A stretch of 64,000 nucleotides of DNA from Macrostomum lignano (taxonomy: Eukaryota): positions 124,001-188,000 of the forward strand of contig NIVC01001499.1 in the NCBI GenBank assembly GCA_002269645.1, read 5' to 3'. Made by a program: the position numbers and the translations under genes. Below, piece after piece: positions 40,512-64,000 of this stretch. The notes beneath the pieces are model-generated. The model searched no databases and had not been told where the DNA came from. It saw only the letters and a list, made by a program, of their open reading frames with translations. Positions within the stretch are counted from its first letter, which is position 1; the number at the start of each line of letters is the position of its first letter.

Positions 40512-41138
40512 ATGCGCGCAAACAGCCTACTTACAACAGCAGTAGTATCCTGCTTACTTCTATCGATACCACCGGCATCCGCTCATCCGGCGTCACACCT
40601 GAGTGGCGCAGCGGACCCACCGGCTGCAGAGTCGTCAGGCACAAGCGTAAACATCATTCACGTGAACCCTTTGCAAATCGAGCGAGATCTGAGAGACTAC
40701 GACACAGCCATTGTGTTTTACTACGTTGACTATTGTCCGGTGTGCGCTCAGCTGAGGCCCGTGTACGCCAAGGCCAGCTACCTGCTCCAGCAGCAACAGC
40801 TGGACGAAACGTTGAACGGTGAAACATCTTCGACGCGTCGGGTTCTGGCTGCGGTTAATTGCGGAGCGAATGCTCGTAAGTACTACTGAGTTGGACACTC
40901 TATAGTCAGTAGTGCTTGTGTGCTTGGGTGTAGCTAAATGAAAACTTAGAAAAAGCTGACAGGTCGCTTTTGACATGTAACCACATTGGCAATCTTCCCA
41001 CCCACAGGGAGCTGCATTCGGACGGGTGTCACCAGAGTTCCCCTGTTCAAACGATTTCGCAACGGCGGACGAATCAGCGAAGTACTCAGATATCCACGAG
41101 TTAATGCCCAGATGCTACTGGCAGCAGTCAATGCTTAA
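40512..41138 (+). CDS. Secreted single-domain thioredoxin/PDI-like protein, 2 exons, 164 aa
   Basis: Signal peptide MRANSLLTTAVVSCLLLSIPPASA. Exons 40512-40875 and 41008-41138 (phase 1). Thioredoxin-fold motifs IVFYYVDYCPVCAQLRPVYAKA, LAAVNC and GVTRVPLFKRFRNG. Confidence 0.8.
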
Positions 41139-43517
41139 GTAGTAGAGATGGCTTATTGTAATCGATTTTTTTACTTTTGACAGAAATCTGAATATTTGAG
41201 TGAACACTTAAAAGGCCAAAAGTTTGGATAGATCTTATTGTTCGTGACATTCGATTAATACTGAAATTAAATGTGATAAATATTAGGCTCCAGTAGTACC
41301 TTTGAATATAAAATCTAATTAGCTTTTACAGTTAATCAAATCAATGAAAAAATTATTTATATCATCATATGAAACTACCGAGGTGTGTCTCAAAAGTTTG
41401 ACCAATTTTGATGTTTTATGTCTCAAACTAAAGTTAATTTTTCAACCAAAATGCTTGTCATTTGATTTTTTTTCTATCTAGTTGAAAAGGTAAAAGTACA
41501 TTCATCTAGCTAAAAGGATCTAAACACAGTTTTGTTATAGTCAACGAAACTTTTAAAAATTCGTTCACTCGTTGCCTTTATCGAATCGATCGATGGTAAA
41601 CATAGGCTCAGGTAGTTCTTAGCTACATTGTACAAGGTTAATCGACTAATTTAGTAGTTGCTTTTACTTTGAAATCTGAGAAGGCCTCTTAAATCCTCTT
41701 CATTTGGAAGTTTGACGGCACTTGAACTTTTCCTGTTGTATGACATTTTAGGGACTGCTAACAACACGTAGCTATAGGAAACGAAACAGAGAGTCAACCC
41801 ATTTTTTCAAGTCAAATGCTAGAAGAAATCTTTAGCTAAGAAGTTTCTAGCGAACATGCCTTTCAGGCTTGCGTTGTGAGTACAACTGCTCAGCAGCCAA
41901 ACTTAACCAATGCTCAGTGGTTCAGTATTTGCTTTGGTCTCAACCGTCTCCGCGTAGAGCTGAGCTTGCACTTTGAAATATTATCCTTTCTCCTCAGAGG
42001 CTATATAGCTACCAGGTAGCTGCTATGCAGCTTGAACGAAATCTATCTTCTTCCCATTGTCTTTCCTACACGAGCTGGCTGTGTTAACAAGAAGCTGGCG
42101 AGTACAAACGCCTCTCTGAGCCCATATTGACACTTGAGGATTTACATGCAGCTGTGTCAAAGTGGGTTGAGTTTGGTAAGTCTAACATGCAGATAAAGCA
42201 TTGCTTGCGTAACGACAACCGCAAACGTAAATTTGTCAAGTCTGTGGCATCAGCACTTTTGTTTGCTTTAGAGTTCTCTCCAGGCTTAAGTTGATGTTTA
42301 ATTTCAATCTAAGAAGGATTATTTATCCATTTTAGGCCTGTTTGAATTCATGTCTGGTGCGTGACAAATGCCGGAGACCGTGTAAGAAGCATGAAGAACG
42401 GCTGGCTTGTCTGGCAAAAGTTCATCATTCCTAGAAAGTGTGTGACGCGTGCAAGAATGGTTAATTTCCTGTTCAACAAAGCGGAAACATCAAATGGCAC
42501 TTGATCTCTGCGTTAATCTTGTCCGATAAACTAATGCACCCCACTTACTGCGGCGATGTAATCATACTGTAGATTAATGTACTGAAAAATCATTAGAAGT
42601 GTTGGAAAAACAAGGGATTCTTCTTCCGGTTCATGACAAATCGTACAATTCATTTTTGAATTCAATTTCATCCAGCGTATACTCACTACTAGAGTTGGAG
42701 GAAATTAACTCAATTTCACTTAACGTACATGTACATGAACTAAAACTGTTTATTGTGTCCAACGTAATAGCATATTGTTACTGCACGGGCCTAAGAGCTT
42801 AAGACGCAAACTTCTTGAAGCGCGCATAAACTTTAAACTTTAGATTTGCAATTTTCGACAAAGTTTCGAGTGAACTTCTAGTTGAAAGTTAGCTGATATA
42901 AAAAATCTAGTTCGGCAAAGATCTCGGCTAACTGCAGCTGGTGAAATGTACAACCACAATAGCCCACTTACACCAATCTTTATATACTTTTTACTTTGTA
43001 ACATGCATTTCGCGGATGCCATTTGTTACGCAACACTTTCAGTGCGCTCTTGTGCCGCCTCTAGCTCGTAAAAGCAATTGTTACAAGCAAAAATTTTATG
43101 ACACTTTGCGCTTCGGAAGGCGTCCCCTTAAAAGAGTCACCTTTCAAAATCCAAACGCTAAAACTGTAGCAAAAAATTAAAACAAAGGCACGAGACAAAC
43201 TGCTTTAATAAGCAGGATTTTTGACTGCTCCGAGTAGTTGATGCTGAGAATTGCCTTTAAATTAAATTATTATTTGTTGTCACATTTTTAGTCCAAAGCT
43301 TACTTGGCTTGTCAAATAGGAGCTCAAAACTAACAAAATACCAGGTAGGACTTCCGAGAAAGCATGCAAGCGATGCTCTTGCTTGGATTAAAAAATGAAG
43401 GTCAGGATTATAATGAGTCAAGGGTGAGGGTTGGGTTTGGTCTCGAGTTTGTCTCTCTCTGTCTCCCTTTGGATTCGGTTCTCCAGAACTCTTTTAGAAG
43501 CTGTTTAGTCCGAGCAT

Positions 43518-43868
43518 TTACCGTTTGCCCATCCTGACGAAAGAGGCGCGCTTCTTCTTGCCCATCCTGACATAGGAGGCGCGCTTCTTCTTGCCCATCC
43601 TGACATAAGAGGCGCGCTTCTTCTTGCCCATCCTGACGAAGGAGGCGCGCTTATCAACGCCGTGACTATCGGCCTCGTTGGTCATCACGTCGAGCAAGTT
43701 GACAGTCATTTTCAGGGTGACGGCGGCGCACTCATCGACACAGTCTGGTCGCGCGGCCAGCTCCGCGCGGCTCATGCAGACGTCGATAGTGTCGAGCTCG
43801 CAAGCGTGCAGGCTGGTGCACAAGATGACCAGCAGAAGAACCAGCGACGAAATTTGCGACAGAGACAT
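43518..43868 (-). CDS. Neuropeptide precursor releasing ASFVRMamide x2 and ASYVRMamide x2 (flatworm NPP-1-like)
   Basis: Signal peptide MSLSQISSLVLLLVILCTSLHA, a 4-Cys spacer, then four peptides each with KR/KKKR cleavage sites and a C-terminal Gly amidation donor, encoded by a 33-bp tandem repeat. Possible 5'UTR intron acceptor (CTGAC...CCGCCAG) just upstream. Confidence 0.92.
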   Translation of the reverse strand: MSLSQISSLVLLLVILCTSLHACELDTIDVCMSRAELAARPDCVDECAAVTLKMTVNLLDVMTNEADSHGVDKRASFVRMGKKKRASYVRMGKKKRASYVRMGKKKRASFVRMGKR

Positions 43869-44818
43869 CCCGGATAAGTTCCTGGCGGTAAGTTTCGTCA
43901 GTTGGTTGGTTCAAGAAAATTAGTGCAGGCTATAAAAAATTCAATAGACATATTTATTTTGCAGTGATTTTAACAAATTATGACAACGAAACTTTTCTGT
44001 AGTTTAAATCGGTCGATGAATTTGCATATTATATTGAATTAAAAGTGATAAAAATGTCTTTTTAATGATTAATAATTATCTCAAACTGAAAGACTAACTT
44101 GACTTTGGCGCATTAAGTTTTACAATTGTTAGTTTTATGCCGGATGTTGTCGGTGCAGCGTGAATACTCGAATAAATTTTATTGAAGGCAGCGGAAACTA
44201 CAAGTCTATATGAAAAAGTTGTTTTTTTAAAGAAATCTGATTCAGACCAGGCTCTCGCCAGTGTAAAAAGTTGAATTCAAGATTTTTGTTTAACTCTAAT
44301 TTGAAAAATTTAGATTGTAATGCCAGTGTCGCCAATGAAGTGTCAAATTTCACTCAGCATGCGCAGGTCTCTCAGCTAGTTTGCATTTCTTGCTTAACCT
44401 CACACTGAAGAAGCTCTAGACTTTAGCCTTATAGTGACAAAGCTACTGATCGATTGGGATGCTGTTGATTTTGCGTCGCTAAACTGAAGAATAAAATTTC
44501 ACGTTCACCTGCTCAAATAAGAATTTTTTAAAGAAACGTTTACAATGTTTGAAAAGTTCTTCAAATACGCACAGACAGCCCCCTATAGGGTTTCATGTCA
44601 AAAGTAAATTTTGAGCAACTTGAGCTCTCGTCGTTTTTTGTCAAACATTCCCTATCGCCTTTTTTACAAGCCACTCCACCAGTTACCCAAGCGCGTGAAG
44701 TTGTGCTTCTAAAATTCTACTTACACTTCGAAATTCGAATTCGAAACCCGACCGAATCATTCACTAGGAAAGCCAGTCATCGAGCAGTACCAATCAATAC
44801 AGGTATTGTAGAAAACTA

Positions 44819-45100
44819 GGGGCTTGTAGCCTAGTGAGGGGCTGTAGACTATGAGGTTAGAGCGTCGGACTCCCGACGGGAAGGTTGTGGGTTCGATTCT
44901 TGACCCACAACTCGGAACAATTTGTGTCCTTGAGCAAGACAACTTAACTCTGCATTGCTTCAGTTCACTCAGCTGTAAAATTGAGGGTGTGCGTGGCGAC
45001 CGCCCCCCCTTCCAGTCTTGGACCGAACAGCCGTATGCAGCCTGTCGGTTGCACATCTGCCCATAAGGACAAGTGTAATAAATTATTATTATTATCATTA
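44819..45100 (+). mobile_element. tRNA-derived CORE-like SINE, copy 4, with a duplicated 5' head unit
   Basis: GGGGCTTGTAGCCTAGTGAGGGGCTGTAGACTATGAGGTTAGAGCGTCGGACTC...GGTTCGATTC...GTGTCCTTGAGCAAGACAACTTAAC...(ATT)n. Confidence 0.85.
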
Positions 45101-45849
45101 CCATTGGAATACATCAGAGCGGATCAAGTCAGCTAGAAGATCAACAAGTTCAGGAGAACCTTGCTAACTACTAGCGTAAATTTAAAGCATTCCGAAGGCC
45201 TTTATAGTTCTCTCGCTATTTTTTGGGTTGCCTTCATCATTTTTCATTTCTCTGCTAATTCAAGATGCCGGTCTGACATCAAGTGGAGAGCTGAGAAAGA
45301 GGAAGAAATATGGTTGAAATTCGACTTGAGCTCTGAGCTTCACACAAAAATTGGAAGAAATGGTTGCCTGCTGCATTTTGCTTTTTTGCGTCGAAAAATT
45401 CCCAAAAAAATAAAGATTTTCCCAGTTATATTTTCTTCAAATTGTTTCTTCAGCAGTTTCTCAAGTTTCCTTGCGGATTTGAGCGAAAAAGAATAATGGG
45501 ATTTTAATCCCACGGCTTACCTTTTCGGATTTCCCAAACGGAATCTTTAATCTGTCAGAGAGGATTTGGTTGAGTTTTGTTTTCAATGGAAAAAAATCTT
45601 AATTGAGTGCTGCTAACGCCTTGCTGTGCAGTGATGGAGCGCCGAGTGGATTAGCAAAGAGGCTGGGGCTCGGGCTGCTCAGGCTTGGTTTAAATATTTT
45701 CTTCGTTTCTGACTGCCCACGCCAAGCAGCCTCTTTTGGCTCTGGCTCGCGGTTGGCTGGGATGGGGAATCGCTTTGAATTGCTGTCTTTACGGACTACT
45801 ATTGGCCTGGTGATCGGTCGTCTCTTTTGCTTGCTAGATTGAAGCACTA

Positions 45850-46462
45850 AAGCCCTGGTGCTAAAGTCCTGGTGCTGGCGCCCCTGGTGCTAAAGCCCCT
45901 TGGTGCTGGCGCCCCTGGTGCTAAAGCCCCTTGGTGCTAAAGTCCTGGTGCTGGCGCCCCTGGTGCTAAAGCCCCTTGGTGCTGGCGCCCCTGGTGCTGG
46001 CGCCCCTGGTGCTGGCGCCCCTGGTGCTAAAGTCCTGGTGTTGGCGCCCTTGGTGCTAAAGTCCTGGTGTTGGCGCCCTTGGTGCTAAAGCCCTTGGTGC
46101 TAAAGCCCTTGGTGCTAAAGCCCCTTGGTGCTAAAGCCCTGGTGCTAAAGCCCCTGGTGCTAAAGCCCCTGGTGCTAAAGCCCCTGGTGCTGGCGCCCCT
46201 GGTGCTGGCGCCCCTGGTGCTGGCGCCCCTGGTGCTGGCGCCCCTGGTGCTGGCGCCCCTGGTGCTGGCGCCCCTGGTGCTGGCGCCCCTGGTGCTGGCG
46301 CCCCTGGTGCTGGCGCCCCTTGGTGCTAAAGCCCTTGGTGCTAAAGCCCTGGTGCTAAAGCCCCTGGTGCTAAAGCCCCCTGGTGCTAAAGCCCCCTGGT
46401 GCTGGCGCCCCTGGTGCTAAAGCCCCTGGTGCTAAAGCCTCTGATGCTAAAGCCCCTGGTGT
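45850..46462. repeat. Third array of the 18-bp CCCCTGGTGCT(AAAG/GGCG) satellite
   Basis: Same unit as 29330-32341, richer in the GGCGCCCCTGGTGCT variant. Confidence 0.93.
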
Positions 46463-46879
46463 GGAATCCAGAAAGGCTTTGATCCCAGCGACCCAAAGTT
46501 GTCCCAACTATATTTACCCGACAAGGCTAAGTCTATGAATAATTTTGCCACTGAGTGTGCGGGGATGTGTAGGCGCTGGAAGTAAACGATGCCGAGTTTT
46601 GACGTCTTCCTAGCGACTGAGTTTGGAACCCTTAGACAAATCGAATCAAGCGCTATAAACTACTTACTAAGCATATATAATGTATTGGTAGACTTAAGTA
46701 GCCCGTAAATCAATCAATCCATCAATCAATCATGTCCTTCACTGTGTTGCTAGGAGGATAGAGTTGAGGCTGAAATAATTTTGGCAACAACTTGGGCCAG
46801 GAATCAGATTTCGGGTAAGTAGTATGTCTCACTGTTGCATTGCAGATCAGCTAGGTTGTTGCACTTTTATTAATGACAA

Positions 46880-47270
46880 CTTTTTTGGTTGCTATGGGAG
46901 ATAGCACAGTTGCTATGTGAGATAACTTTGTTGCTATGGTAGATTACGATGTAGCTCGTATGTAGGTGCTTTGGGAGATTATGTAGTTGCTATGGGAGAT
47001 TATGTAGTTGCTATGGGAAATTATGTAGTGGCTTTGGGAGATAATGTAGTTGCTATGGGAGATATTGTAGTTGCTATGGGAGTTAATTTAGTTGTTATGT
47101 GAGATTATGTAGTTGCTTTGGGAGATAATTTAGTTGCTATGGTAGATAATGTAGCTGCTTTGGGAGATAATGTAGTTGCTATGGGAAATAATGTAGTTGC
47201 TATGGTAGATAATATAGTTGCTATGGGAGATAATGTAGTTGCTAGGGGAGATGAGTTAGTTGCTATGCTA
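46880..47270. repeat. 21-bp minisatellite GGGAGAT(T/A)ATGTAGTTGCTAT
   Basis: Directly visible, ~450 bp upstream of the slit ATG. Confidence 0.88.
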
Positions 47271-47725
47271 TTTTTGCTACTATAATATACGGACATCACA
47301 ATAAAAGTTTGTTTTACTTTCGTATAACAAAAAATAGCCGAATATTATAAAAACATTTTAAATATACTACTCAACTTAATCAACTGAGTAGTATCGTATG
47401 AAAACAGCATTAAGATGGATTTTAGAAAACAGCAAATTTAGAATTGTATATATTCTAACCAACCAATAGAATGCCGGCAATCCTGGACAAATAAGCACGA
47501 AGCACGAACTGCAGATATAATAGAGAGGAAAATGAAATTGCAAGAACAGCAGAGAACAAGGGGGTCTCCTAGAAGAAACCAACACAGCTGCATAATTGCT
47601 TCCTTGCACGTTACAGCTAACAGCCTTGAAGCAATTAAGTAATAAACAGATAAATAAATCAAAAACTTAAATTTTTGTTTTGTTGTTGAAACTAACTTCC
47701 TCGGGTCAAAGACCCTTCGATCAGT

Positions 47726-63909
<16,184 letters not shown>

Positions 63910-64000
63910 GTGAGCACTGCGGTCTTTGGAGAATTTTGCTGGAAAAAATGGGCTTCTACTCGTAAATGGGGAATTCCAAATTGGTTGTCAGGGAATTCTA

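Noticed and set aside
45960-46330. GCACCAGGGGCGCC resembles a CTCF site, suggesting an insulator array
   Set aside because: It is one G short of the CTCF core, CTCF is reported absent in flatworms, and there is no other support.

Overview
Eukaryotic (metazoan) genomic DNA with spliceosomal GT-AG introns and a high load of simple repeats. An NPP-1-like neuropeptide suggests a flatworm, possibly Macrostomum-like (inference). There are seven supportable protein genes: (1) the 3' end of a Cys-loop ligand-gated ion channel; (2) a complete 7-exon Ldh_2-family (malate/L-lactate/ureidoglycolate-type) dehydrogenase; (3) a 3-exon GnRH/corazonin-type GPCR on the minus strand; (4) an ankyrin-repeat gene; (5) a secreted single-domain thioredoxin with a CPVC motif; (6) an ASF/YVRMamide neuropeptide precursor on the minus strand; (7) the first 17 exons of slit. 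Between and inside these genes are five tRNA-derived CORE-like SINEs, several MITEs with 8-bp target-site duplications, two large fold-back structures and about 25 micro/minisatellite arrays. The most unusual signal is a dispersed ~80-bp family (5 copies, all minus strand) that folds as a minimal type I hammerhead ribozyme. One copy retains every conserved core nucleotide and a GUC cleavage triplet. All exon models were read by hand from splice sites and reading frames; no searches were run.
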